Below are positions 30,454-39,319 of a stretch of DNA of 49,771 nucleotides, one piece after another. The position numbers and the translations under genes were made by a program. Where the stretch lies: the IMG/VR virus record IMGVR_UViG_3300047554_000377, positions 1 through 49,771 of that record, one strand, 5' to 3'. This DNA is from a virus. Lineage: Duplodnaviria; Caudoviricetes. The first letter of the stretch is position 1; each line of letters starts with the position of its first letter. The notes beneath the pieces were generated by a model, which was not told the DNA's origin, searched no databases, and was given only the letters and a program-made list of their open reading frames with translations.

Positions 30454-31110
30454 ATGCCTGAAAATACAAGAATTGAAAAGACATTTACATATAACCTAGC
30501 TGACTCCTATCTAGCTCAGACAAATAATCTAGGTAAGACAGCTACTTGGACCTACACTGGTCCAAGATACATGTGGATCTTTGTTGATCAAACTACTAAA
30601 AAAGTTATCGGTAAATTTCATTATACAGAAAGAGACAATGGTGCGGATGTTCCAGTACCGGCAGGGCAGTGGAAAGTAGCAATTGATGCTGATGTAAATC
30701 CACTAATTGCTAGTATCGTCCACAACGAGATCGATTATGGAACACTGCCACACGATGAAGAAGTGTTACCGGACGGTAGCGTCTACGGAACACCAAATCC
30801 AATTCCTCCTGATCACACTTACGAACTAACTGAAATTAGTTATGATCCTTCTACAGGATTTGATTTTACAGGTGCATGGAAGAATCCTCATACAACATGG
30901 GATCAATTAAGAGATTCTCGTAATAAGAATTTAGCAGGTACAGATATTAAAATTTTACATGCACATACACCAGAATTAAGAGCCGCATGGGAAGAATACA
31001 GACAAAAATTACGTGATCTACCTGCCACATTTGCAGGCGTTGATGCTTGGAAAGTTCCATATCCAGTAGCACCGGACGAAGTTAGAGAGTCTGGAACTGA
31101 GCCAGCTTAA
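30454..31110 (+). CDS. Tail-fibre-assembly chaperone-like protein 1
   Basis: C-terminal WDQLRDSRNKNLAGTD...WEEYRQKLRDLP...P..P motif of Tfa-like chaperones. Confidence 0.7.
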   Translation: MPENTRIEKTFTYNLADSYLAQTNNLGKTATWTYTGPRYMWIFVDQTTKKVIGKFHYTERDNGADVPVPAGQWKVAIDADVNPLIASIVHNEIDYGTLPHDEEVLPDGSVYGTPNPIPPDHTYELTEISYDPSTGFDFTGAWKNPHTTWDQLRDSRNKNLAGTDIKILHAHTPELRAAWEEYRQKLRDLPATFAGVDAWKVPYPVAPDEVRESGTEPA

Positions 31111-31124
31111 TTAAAGGGTAGAAA

Positions 31125-31892
31125 ATGTCAAATTTAAGATCACTGTTCCCAGATTCAAACTATAACGTAGTATCAGCGTCATCTCCTTTAACACAGTTAT
31201 TTGTGTATAATACTAGTGTTTCTAGCCCACAGAATGGGGGACAATGCTGTTTATGGACAGTACCTACTGGTGTGTATTGGGCAAAATTTGAAGTATGGGG
31301 CGGTGGTGGCGACGGTGCTGGTGCATGTTGCTGCCAGCAAGATCAAAGAAGTGGCGGTTCGGGATCGTATTCTAGAAGAACTATTAAAGTAACGCCAGGA
31401 GATACATTTAGAGTTTGTGCTGGCAGCACTGGTTGTTGTTCACCAAACTGTTGCGGAACCACAGGATTTCCAAGCTATGTAAATCATGTTACAGTAGCAA
31501 ACAGTTATTCAAATATTAACTTATGTGCTTCAGGCGGCGGTTGCGGACGTACAGAATGCTTCTGGATGTTCTCCAACGGTTGGGATTCTACATCAATCGT
31601 AGCAGGTTGCGGTTGCACTTGTGGCGGCGACTTTAGTATTTGTGGTGTATCGGGTGCTAGCCACGCGGCATGGTGCGGATTCCAATCATACGGAATCGTT
31701 CCAGGTCCAACATACATCGGTAGCGGAGCAAGATTATCTTTTGATCAATGTAACAGAGGAAGCGGTTGCTTTATGTATGGTGGATATTCAATATTCCCAG
31801 GCGGTGGAGGCGGAAGTGCTACTAGTTATGGCGGTGGATGTTGCTGGGGTGGTTGGGGCGCTGGCGGCCTAGTTATTATTTCGTACAAATAA
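31125..31892 (+). CDS. Cys/Gly-rich fibre-tip/adhesin-like protein 2
   Basis: Paralog of 29679: NGGQCCLWTVP, FEVWGGGGDGAGACCC, CCWGGWGAGGLVIISY. Confidence 0.7.
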   Translation: MSNLRSLFPDSNYNVVSASSPLTQLFVYNTSVSSPQNGGQCCLWTVPTGVYWAKFEVWGGGGDGAGACCCQQDQRSGGSGSYSRRTIKVTPGDTFRVCAGSTGCCSPNCCGTTGFPSYVNHVTVANSYSNINLCASGGGCGRTECFWMFSNGWDSTSIVAGCGCTCGGDFSICGVSGASHAAWCGFQSYGIVPGPTYIGSGARLSFDQCNRGSGCFMYGGYSIFPGGGGGSATSYGGGCCWGGWGAGGLVIISYK

Positions 31893-31901
31893 GGGCGCAA
31901 A

Positions 31902-32654
31902 ATGGCAAATTTAAGAGATTTAATTTATACAGTACCTGGAACAGGATTAGTACCGTCAGTTACACCTGCCGAATTTTCTGTTTACAATAGCAATTTTAAC
32001 TCAGTGAACAACGGTGGTTGCTGTTGCTTATGGACAGTACCAACAGGAGTTACTTGGGTAACTTTTGAAATTTGGGGTGGAGGCGGTGGCGGCCCAGGTG
32101 CATGTTGCTGTATGTTCGGTAACCCAGGCGGATCAGGTGCTTATGCTGTAAAAACAGTTAGAAGTACACAACTAGGCGGATGTTCCTATACAATCTGTGC
32201 GGCAGGTACAAGCTGTTCTTCACCGAGTCAAAACGGATTTACTGGCTACACAACTTATGTAACTGGCTACGGTCTAAGCAACTTCTGTGCAACAGGCGGA
32301 TCTAATGGTTGTTCATTCTGTTGGGGCTACGGTGGTGCATATACCTGCGAAAGTATGTTCCCATATTGTTGCTGTGCCTACGGCGGTGATGTATGTATTC
32401 CTGGATCACACGGCGGATATCAAACAAGTCAATTCTGTAGAGCTCAAGGTAAACAATGGGCACCTGCAGGACCAGCCGCACAATCAGGACCAATCTTTGG
32501 ACCTAACGGTTGTTCATGTGGCGGATATGGTGGCTACTCATTCTTCTGCCAACCAAGCCATCCAGGCGGTGGCGGTCTATCAGCACAAATGCACTGGCCT
32601 TGCGCATGCGGTCAATTTGGCGCAGGCGGAATGGTTTCTGTAACATACGGTTAA
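31902..32654 (+). CDS. Cys/Gly-rich fibre-tip/adhesin-like protein 3
   Basis: Paralog: NGGCCCLWTVP, FEIWGGGGGGPGACCC, GAGGMVSVTY. Confidence 0.7.
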   Translation: MANLRDLIYTVPGTGLVPSVTPAEFSVYNSNFNSVNNGGCCCLWTVPTGVTWVTFEIWGGGGGGPGACCCMFGNPGGSGAYAVKTVRSTQLGGCSYTICAAGTSCSSPSQNGFTGYTTYVTGYGLSNFCATGGSNGCSFCWGYGGAYTCESMFPYCCCAYGGDVCIPGSHGGYQTSQFCRAQGKQWAPAGPAAQSGPIFGPNGCSCGGYGGYSFFCQPSHPGGGGLSAQMHWPCACGQFGAGGMVSVTYG

Positions 32655-32666
32655 TAAGAGAGAAAT

Positions 32667-33620
32667 ATGGCAAACATAACAAAGACATTCGTTTATCCAC
32701 AAACAGACGATTACCTTTCTCAGTCAAACACTCAAGGTAAGACTGCTACATGGACATATGAAGGTCCAGAAAGAATTGTTGTGTATGTGGATAGTACAAC
32801 AAATAAAAGAACACCCGGCGGTTGGCATGAGCCAGACGATCGACCAACTCCTTTAAATCAATACAGAGTTGAAATCGATTGTAACTCTAATCCTTTACTT
32901 TGCACACTATTTGGTGCTAGCAGAACTGTTAATGCAAACGATGTTCCAAATTTAGAAGTTGAATTACCTAGCGGCGGTGTATATCGTAGACCAGATCCAA
33001 TTATGCCAGACCACGTGTTTGAAGTGCATGATATCACCTACGACCCTACTAGCGAAAGATTTGAAACTCCTTATCCATGGAAAAGGCCTCACATGTCATG
33101 GGAAGAAATTCGTAGAAAACGTGCAACAATGTTACACATTTGTGATGACAAAGTTGCTCCAGATCTTCCACAAGTTCTAAAAGACCATTGGACAGCATAC
33201 ATCCATGCACTACGTGACCTACCAGTTGTTTACGGTAAAGCATTTGGCGCAACTTTAACGTCAGCTGGCACAGGCTATGCAGAAGGAGATGTAATTACTG
33301 TAGCATCTAACGTACTTGATACAACTAATGACCTAACAATAACTGTATTAACAGTTGATAGCAATGGTGAAATTTTAACATTTAGTGTTTCCGGTGGCGA
33401 TTCTGATAATAAACCATCAGCGACTCACACAAATGTATCGTTTACAACAAGTTCTTCTGGAACTGGTGCTACATTTAGTGCAGAAAAAGTTAAGACATTT
33501 GATCCATGGATGGTAGAATTACCTCTAAGTCCTGATGAAGACCATACTCCGTATGAAGAAGGTGGAATTCAAGGTTGGGATGCTAGAGCATGGGCAAGAA
33601 CTAAAGGCTATATTTCTTAA
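32667..33620 (+). CDS. Tail-fibre-assembly chaperone-like protein 2 with inserted beta module
   Basis: Paralog of 30454 (KTF.Y..D.YL.Q.N..GKTATWTY.GP; PDH..E; W..IR..R...L...D; LRDLP) plus an ~85-aa insert. Confidence 0.7.
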   Translation: MANITKTFVYPQTDDYLSQSNTQGKTATWTYEGPERIVVYVDSTTNKRTPGGWHEPDDRPTPLNQYRVEIDCNSNPLLCTLFGASRTVNANDVPNLEVELPSGGVYRRPDPIMPDHVFEVHDITYDPTSERFETPYPWKRPHMSWEEIRRKRATMLHICDDKVAPDLPQVLKDHWTAYIHALRDLPVVYGKAFGATLTSAGTGYAEGDVITVASNVLDTTNDLTITVLTVDSNGEILTFSVSGGDSDNKPSATHTNVSFTTSSSGTGATFSAEKVKTFDPWMVELPLSPDEDHTPYEEGGIQGWDARAWARTKGYIS

Positions 33621-33635
33621 AAAATATTAGCTAAT

Positions 33636-33665
33636 AAAAAAGGGCTCTTAGAGCCCTTTTTGTTT
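33636..33665. terminator. Bidirectional rho-independent terminator
   Basis: AAAAAGGGCTC-TTA-GAGCCCTTTTT between convergent genes. Confidence 0.9.
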
Positions 33666-33667
33666 GA

Positions 33668-35473
33668 TTACTTGTTTGGTACTTTAATTAGATTTCCTAG
33701 TTCTGGCAAATACAAGTATTCAATGTCACTACGTGCTAGTGTATCAATAGCATCTTCGAGTGTTTCAACTAATGGATCTCCACCTAGGTTAAAGCTAGTG
33801 TTGAATAAGATAGGAACTCCGGTTCTATCATAGAAGGCTTTGATTAATCTATGATATAACTTGTTTTCTTCTTCTGTAACTGTTTGGATACGACAAGTAC
33901 CGTCGACATGAATAATCGAAGGAATCTTGGCTTCAACACCGGGTTGGCAGTTTACAGCATACATCATATGCGGACTTGATTCTTTACCTCTAAGATCAAA
34001 CCATTCGTGTACATGTTCTTGTAAAATGCTACCTGCAAATGGACGGAAATACTCCCGACGCTTGACTAGGTTAACAAAGTCCTTGCCATCTTCGTACGTC
34101 GGATTGAATAACACACTTCTATTGCCTAAAGCTCTAGGACCATTTTCACTTCTGCCTTGGAAAAAAGTAACAATGTTTTTGTTTAACAATAAATCAACTA
34201 CATCGTTGTCAGTAGCATCGGAGATTTCAATGTTATGTGTTTCTTTAAACAGCTCTAAATCTTCAGCAGTATAGTGCTGTTCGAAACCAAGATATAAACC
34301 ATCTTTACTGTAATCTATGTTACTGCTAGGAACTAACTGTTTGTAGAACATCAATGCCGCACCGATCGCAGTGCCCGCATCGTTACTAATTGGTTCTACA
34401 TAAATCTCAATATCATCTTCTTTGAGATGTTGCAGATACCAATAGTTAGCCACGCAGTTTAGACCATAGCCGCCGCTAATAACAACTTTCTTTTTACCTG
34501 ACATTTCTGCGGCTTTACGAATTAATCGAAGCACTTGCTCTTGTGTCTGTGTTTGGCATGCATAGGCAAGATCGCGGCGATTTTCAAGATATGTTAAATC
34601 TTCAGCATTTCTATTTTCTAAGAAAGGAAATAAACCTTCATTAACTTTTGCTCCGTTGGGGTACGTTGGAACAATTAAATTTCTATTAGATAATGGCGCA
34701 ACAGCAGAGTCGTCAAACAGTTTTGGAATAGCTGAATTTTCTTTTCCATACGGGAATAGTCCCATAGTCTTACCTGCTTCGATGGAACTCCAACCGCAGT
34801 ATTCAGTAACTGCTTCGTAGACTTTGGTAATACCTGCACGATCAGTGATTAATACTTCATGCGTAGATCCTGGCTCGTCATAGACGTCACTTGGGAAATC
34901 AGATGCTCTAAGTCCAGGAGTTGGTCCGCGAAGACCGATGTGTTTGTATAAAGTCTTAAATGTGTGCGGATAATCGCAGTCATAGATGCTTTCAGTTTCC
35001 CAACCAACTAGCTGTTCACCACCGTAGTTTAACGGAATAAATGTGCCAGCACCGTCGACGATTAGCGCCGCCGCAGAGTCAAATCCTGAACGGTAAAATG
35101 CGCAGGCCGCATGCAACTTGTGGTGAATATGACTTAGGTCCACTACTTGGGGGTGTTCATACGGATTTTCTTTTCTGCTGATTAAACCAAGTTTTCTAGC
35201 AAGACCAGTATAAACGTCATCACCACTAAAGTCAACACGACCCGCAGTTTCAGATAGTTTTTGAGTGTGTGCAACTACTAGATAATCAAGTTTGTCTGTA
35301 TAGTCTAAAATACGCATCATTGCCGCATACGGACCACCGTCATATTTGTGCCGGCTTAGACGTTCTTCTTCGATGCTAAAAACGATCTCTCCGTTTTTAA
35401 GCAAACAGACACTAGCGTTGTGACCTCTAGCAATGGCCGCAATCCAAATATCTTTCTTTAAAGTTTTAAGCAT
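33668..35473 (-). CDS. Carbamoyltransferase, NodU/CmcH/TobZ family
   Basis: GHNAS...IEEERLSR.K, HHKLHA, GKTMGL..YG, SGGYGLNCVAN, DAGTAIGAA, FQGRSENGPRALGNRS, KRREYFRPFA, HVDGTCRIQT, NTSFNLGGDPLVE. Confidence 0.95.
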   Translation of the reverse strand: MLKTLKKDIWIAAIARGHNASVCLLKNGEIVFSIEEERLSRHKYDGGPYAAMMRILDYTDKLDYLVVAHTQKLSETAGRVDFSGDDVYTGLARKLGLISRKENPYEHPQVVDLSHIHHKLHAACAFYRSGFDSAAALIVDGAGTFIPLNYGGEQLVGWETESIYDCDYPHTFKTLYKHIGLRGPTPGLRASDFPSDVYDEPGSTHEVLITDRAGITKVYEAVTEYCGWSSIEAGKTMGLFPYGKENSAIPKLFDDSAVAPLSNRNLIVPTYPNGAKVNEGLFPFLENRNAEDLTYLENRRDLAYACQTQTQEQVLRLIRKAAEMSGKKKVVISGGYGLNCVANYWYLQHLKEDDIEIYVEPISNDAGTAIGAALMFYKQLVPSSNIDYSKDGLYLGFEQHYTAEDLELFKETHNIEISDATDNDVVDLLLNKNIVTFFQGRSENGPRALGNRSVLFNPTYEDGKDFVNLVKRREYFRPFAGSILQEHVHEWFDLRGKESSPHMMYAVNCQPGVEAKIPSIIHVDGTCRIQTVTEEENKLYHRLIKAFYDRTGVPILFNTSFNLGGDPLVETLEDAIDTLARSDIEYLYLPELGNLIKVPNK

Positions 35474-35477
35474 GTTT

Positions 35478-36398
35478 TTAGTATCCTAAGTAATTTCTTG
35501 GCCAAACAAAATGGTCGGGCCGTTTAAAATGTGCTAATTGAAGCAAGTGATCAAATTTTCTCTTGTCATGTCTGTTATTATTATGTAATTCGTCAATGCT
35601 GTCAATGATTAATTGTTGGCCAGGTGTAGTTTCTAAAGGTAAGCCTAATTTTGGTTTGAGATTTTCTAATAGCCAAACATTGTGTTGTCTTGGACTAGGA
35701 TGATTTTCCTTCCAGGGCTCTTTATCATCTTTAGCTTGGAACCAAAAGAATCCACTAGCATTTTCTTTAGCAGTATAAGACATGGGCCTAAGCCAACGAT
35801 CTTGATAGTCAGTCCATAACTTATTGTAAGGTTCTAATTCTGGAATCTTAACCCATGCTAATTTTTCTACACCTCGTTCATCCGGAGCTAGCAACAGCGT
35901 TTCTCCGTGTCCCAACCCGTCGTCGATATCAGAACCCATGTTCCGTACATCACCGATGCTAGACATATACCATTGACAACCTGTAGACTCTAATAGACCC
36001 TGTACCATTGCTATATGGTTAAAGGTATGCATTAGGTACGCAGGCTCAAAGAAAAATGTATCAATCCATTTTTGATCATAGATCTTAATATTGTGATAGT
36101 TAAAAATACTACCAGCAGTTTTCCAACCAATTTGTCTTTCAGGTAAACAGTCTGGATTTTGATTATAGAAATCATTACGCAGGTGTGTAGTCCACTGAAC
36201 AACTACTACATCATCTTTAGTAAATTTATTTTTAACATGGCATTCTACCACACGTTCAGCAATGGCTCTGTTACCAATACCGGCGAGCCCCCAATTTTCA
36301 TAATGGGGTACTTCTTCACCTAAGAGATCAGCCCACGTTGGCCATGCGTAGCTGGTAAAACTACATCCAAATGTGAACACTCTTTTCATGCTGGACAT
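35478..36398 (-). CDS. SGNH/GDSL-like hydrolase/acyltransferase-fold protein
   Basis: N-terminal FTFGCSFT (GDS-like), NWGLAGIGN, VVQWT, C-terminal ENHPS. Confidence 0.55.
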   Translation of the reverse strand: MSSMKRVFTFGCSFTSYAWPTWADLLGEEVPHYENWGLAGIGNRAIAERVVECHVKNKFTKDDVVVVQWTTHLRNDFYNQNPDCLPERQIGWKTAGSIFNYHNIKIYDQKWIDTFFFEPAYLMHTFNHIAMVQGLLESTGCQWYMSSIGDVRNMGSDIDDGLGHGETLLLAPDERGVEKLAWVKIPELEPYNKLWTDYQDRWLRPMSYTAKENASGFFWFQAKDDKEPWKENHPSPRQHNVWLLENLKPKLGLPLETTPGQQLIIDSIDELHNNNRHDKRKFDHLLQLAHFKRPDHFVWPRNYLGY

Positions 36399-37393
36399 TG
36401 ATGTGTGTTAGCTGGAGGAATTGCAGAAACAGTTGATGCAGGTTTTTCTTTGTTAGAAGAATATTTTTCAATCATTTTACTAGCAGATTCTACAATAGCG
36501 TCCTCGATAGCTGAATTCATGACCATAATTCCGTCATTGGTTCTGTCAGCTACTTCGTCAATGGTGATTCTTATAGGGCTGTATCTTCTAACATCTCCGC
36601 CCATGTCTAAAACATCAAATTTTGAGTAGTTTGGATAAGACACATTAACAGCAAATGTCGACCCGACTACAACAGTGGCTGGTTTATCTAGCGCATAAGC
36701 AATATGTTGACCACTAGAATCACAACCTAAGAATAAGTCTGCAGAATTAATGATTCCTGCCCATTGACGTAGACTTACATTCTGCGGATGTGCCACCGGA
36801 TCTTTGGCGCCATGGGCACTAAAATCAATACCAAATTCGCTCATAAAAATTACAGAATATTTCTTTTGTAATTTTTTAACAATCTCAACTACGTGTGAAC
36901 CTTCGAAGCTACGTCCGCTAGGATCATGAATTGAAGTTTTGTGTACACTTACACCACGACCAAACGGTTGAAAGACAATAACTTTATCTTTCTTAGTTTT
37001 TTCTCTAACTTCTTCAACGATATCATGACCTAGAATAAGCTCATCTTGGCTTAGTCTAAGTGTAGGTTTTTGAAGTTCTCGCACACCCTTGTTATTGATA
37101 GCGATATCAAACGCCTGGGCAAGACTACATTTTTGATTATAGTATTCCCAAACTCTATACGGTTCGGGAGTAACAATATCCATGTTAATTAATTTTTCTT
37201 CAAAAAGATTTTTATGCCAGTGATCATAGGTTCGTTTGTATAGGGTAGGATGTCCTTTAAAGAAATCAGTACCCCCTTCACAAACGATTAAAAAATCATC
37301 ATTTGGGTTCTCTTCTTGGTATTTTTCTAGTGCTGGAATCGAACAAATTACTCGTCCCGCACCGCCATTGATAAAAAATGCTTTAGATCTCAT
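36386..37393 (-). CDS. GT-B glycosyltransferase, GT9 (heptosyltransferase)-like
   Basis: GGAGRVICSIPAL near the N-terminus (cf. G.GD....P.L); VFQPFG; LRQWAGIINSADLFLGCDSSGQHIAYALDKP (cf. DSG..H.A.A...P). Confidence 0.75.
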   Translation of the reverse strand: MRSKAFFINGGAGRVICSIPALEKYQEENPNDDFLIVCEGGTDFFKGHPTLYKRTYDHWHKNLFEEKLINMDIVTPEPYRVWEYYNQKCSLAQAFDIAINNKGVRELQKPTLRLSQDELILGHDIVEEVREKTKKDKVIVFQPFGRGVSVHKTSIHDPSGRSFEGSHVVEIVKKLQKKYSVIFMSEFGIDFSAHGAKDPVAHPQNVSLRQWAGIINSADLFLGCDSSGQHIAYALDKPATVVVGSTFAVNVSYPNYSKFDVLDMGGDVRRYSPIRITIDEVADRTNDGIMVMNSAIEDAIVESASKMIEKYSSNKEKPASTVSAIPPANTHQCPA

Positions 37394-37433
37394 ATATTCT
37401 CCGGAATTAGATTCGGCTATTATCTGCTAATAT

Positions 37434-37463
37434 AATTTAGCATTTCTTCACCAACCCTGTCAA
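37434..37463 (-). promoter_or_regulatory. Sigma70-like promoter for the modification cassette
   Basis: Minus strand reads TTGACA (37463-37458), 18-nt spacer ending in TGc, then TAAATT (37439-37434); a GGAG RBS precedes the ATG at 37393. Confidence 0.6.
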
Positions 37464-37476
37464 TGTTTTTGAAGCT

Positions 37477-37484
37477 GATAAATA
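37477..37484 (+). promoter_or_regulatory. T4-late-like promoter box (GATAAATA)
   Basis: Intergenic; divergent from the sigma70-like promoter. Confidence 0.6.
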
Positions 37485-37499
37485 TTAAAAACGAGACTT

Positions 37500-38444
37500 T
37501 TGACTATGCTTAACCTTAATAGACTAGTAGATAACGGACAAAAAAATACCCTTCGATTTATCAACGGATCGAGCCTTTCTCACAAGGGAAAATGGATTCC
37601 TATCTATACTGATACAGAAATAGACCGATTTTATGTTGGAGATTTTTCTTCAGCAAACTACACCATAACAGTTGAGTACAGCTCAAATAAAAAAGAAACT
37701 ATGCAAGCCATGGTATGTGCTAGGCCAGATCAAGCCACGGTAACTGTATATGCTAAAACAGGCATTGACGATGCGATCATCGTCTTATCCGCTGAAGTTA
37801 ATGACAGCTGGTTTAGCCTAAAAGCTAGTCCAGCGGACAGCAGTTTTGCTGGTGCTAAATTAGTTTTATTTGCAAACTATGTAGAAACTATCAATCCTCT
37901 AACATTGTCAGAACCTGTGTCATATCTTGACAGCTCTTTAGAAGGAAGTGGCGGCAGTGGAAGTTATATACCAGGTAGTGGTGGAACAGCATCAGATTCA
38001 TTTAAAACTATTGCCGTATCTGGACAGTCAAGTGTTATCGCAGATTCGGCCACTGATACTCTAACCTTAGTCGGAGCTGGCGGAATCACTATTACTACTA
38101 ATGCGACCAGCGATACTATTACATTTACCGGATCGGGATCAGATACACTAGCAACAGTAACCGCACGTGGTAGCGAAACTGACACTGCTATTGTGGTTAA
38201 TAATACTGTTACTGCCGAGGGATTTGTCAGTACTGGCACAGGTACACCAACTATAGAGTCAGAAACAACTATAGACTTAGATGCCGGCGTTGCTGTTAGA
38301 GTTATAAATGGTACACTAAGATTAAAGAATTATACTTCAACTGAAAGAAACGCTTTAACACCTGCTAACGGTGACATAATTTACAATTCTACTTCAAATA
38401 AATTCCAAGGATATGCTAACGGTTCCTGGGTTGATTTGCATTAA
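37500..38444 (+). CDS. Virion structural protein (fibre-like); start may be ATG 37506
   Basis: FKTIAVSGQSSVIADSATDTLTLV.G.GITITTNATSDTITF; DTLATVTARG; C-terminal GDIIYNST.NKFQGYANGSWVDL. Confidence 0.65.
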   Translation: MTMLNLNRLVDNGQKNTLRFINGSSLSHKGKWIPIYTDTEIDRFYVGDFSSANYTITVEYSSNKKETMQAMVCARPDQATVTVYAKTGIDDAIIVLSAEVNDSWFSLKASPADSSFAGAKLVLFANYVETINPLTLSEPVSYLDSSLEGSGGSGSYIPGSGGTASDSFKTIAVSGQSSVIADSATDTLTLVGAGGITITTNATSDTITFTGSGSDTLATVTARGSETDTAIVVNNTVTAEGFVSTGTGTPTIESETTIDLDAGVAVRVINGTLRLKNYTSTERNALTPANGDIIYNSTSNKFQGYANGSWVDLH

Positions 38445-38465
38445 AAATGCTGAAAAAACTGCAAA

Positions 38466-38473
38466 GATAAATA
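38466..38473 (+). promoter_or_regulatory. T4-late-like promoter box (GATAAATA)
   Basis: Intergenic motif upstream of a GGAG RBS. Confidence 0.65.
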
Positions 38474-38490
38474 CTCTAACGGAGAATTAA

Positions 38491-39306
38491 ATGCCAGTAT
38501 CGTTTCAACCTTTAACGTCTGACAGCGGCTTTAGAAGCCCAGGATTTCTTGTCGACGGCAGCGGTAATGCTACTGTTAGATCGATTACAGTAACTACCGG
38601 TGGTGATGATGGCGGTGGAGGTGGTTCTGCTGTTTTAACGGTTGATAATATCATCGTTGCTGGAGAAAAGCTAATCGAGGACGGTGATTCTTCAGTAAGT
38701 TTAGGCAACGGAATCACCGGAAGTTACCTAACCAAAGTTGGAGTTTTGCAATCCCTAGAGATTGAGGGAGACCTGACAGTTTCAGAAGGATCAACTCCAT
38801 ATCTAAGAGTACAAAACGGTAGCATTGTTTTAAATAACTTTGGTCCAACACCTGGATCAATTAACAATATTAATATTGGTGATGTAACACCGGCTACTGG
38901 TGCATTTACTAGAATTGATATCGCTGACGGTGCATTACTAGAAGTTACATTCAGAGGTGATTTTAGCCTACTAGTAGAATATGATTTTAGAGATGTAGTT
39001 CGATACGAAGATGACCTATATCTATGCATAGTACCATCTACTGGAAATTTACCAACAGATGAAAACTACTTTGAACCATATGAAGGTTCAAATTTATTAA
39101 CAGTTGCTGGCGGAATAACAGGAACTGAACTAACAATAACCGGTCCTGGAAAAATTGACGCGACTGTTATTGGAACAACATCGCCTGCGAGAGCAGTTTT
39201 TACAAACGTTGAAATAGTCGACGCCCCAACACAGTCAAATCAAGCAACGCGAAAAGACTATGTTGACAACAGAGTAAGTGCGTTTGCAATCGTGTTTGGA
39301 GCATGA
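38491..39306 (+). CDS. Virion structural protein with a single CBM5/12-like repeat
   Basis: IG..TPATGAFT repeats; FRGDF....Y...DVVRY....Y.C insert; C-terminal ATRKDYVD...AFAIVFGA. Confidence 0.65.
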   Translation: MPVSFQPLTSDSGFRSPGFLVDGSGNATVRSITVTTGGDDGGGGGSAVLTVDNIIVAGEKLIEDGDSSVSLGNGITGSYLTKVGVLQSLEIEGDLTVSEGSTPYLRVQNGSIVLNNFGPTPGSINNINIGDVTPATGAFTRIDIADGALLEVTFRGDFSLLVEYDFRDVVRYEDDLYLCIVPSTGNLPTDENYFEPYEGSNLLTVAGGITGTELTITGPGKIDATVIGTTSPARAVFTNVEIVDAPTQSNQATRKDYVDNRVSAFAIVFGA

Positions 39307-39319
39307 CGGAGAATATTAG

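Noticed and set aside
29679-32654. Cys-rich ORFs as RiPP precursors for the adjacent carbamoyltransferase
   Set aside because: They are ~250-aa proteins with adhesin-like Gly motifs and chaperone-like partners; no leader/core layout, cyclase, radical SAM or peptidase gene nearby
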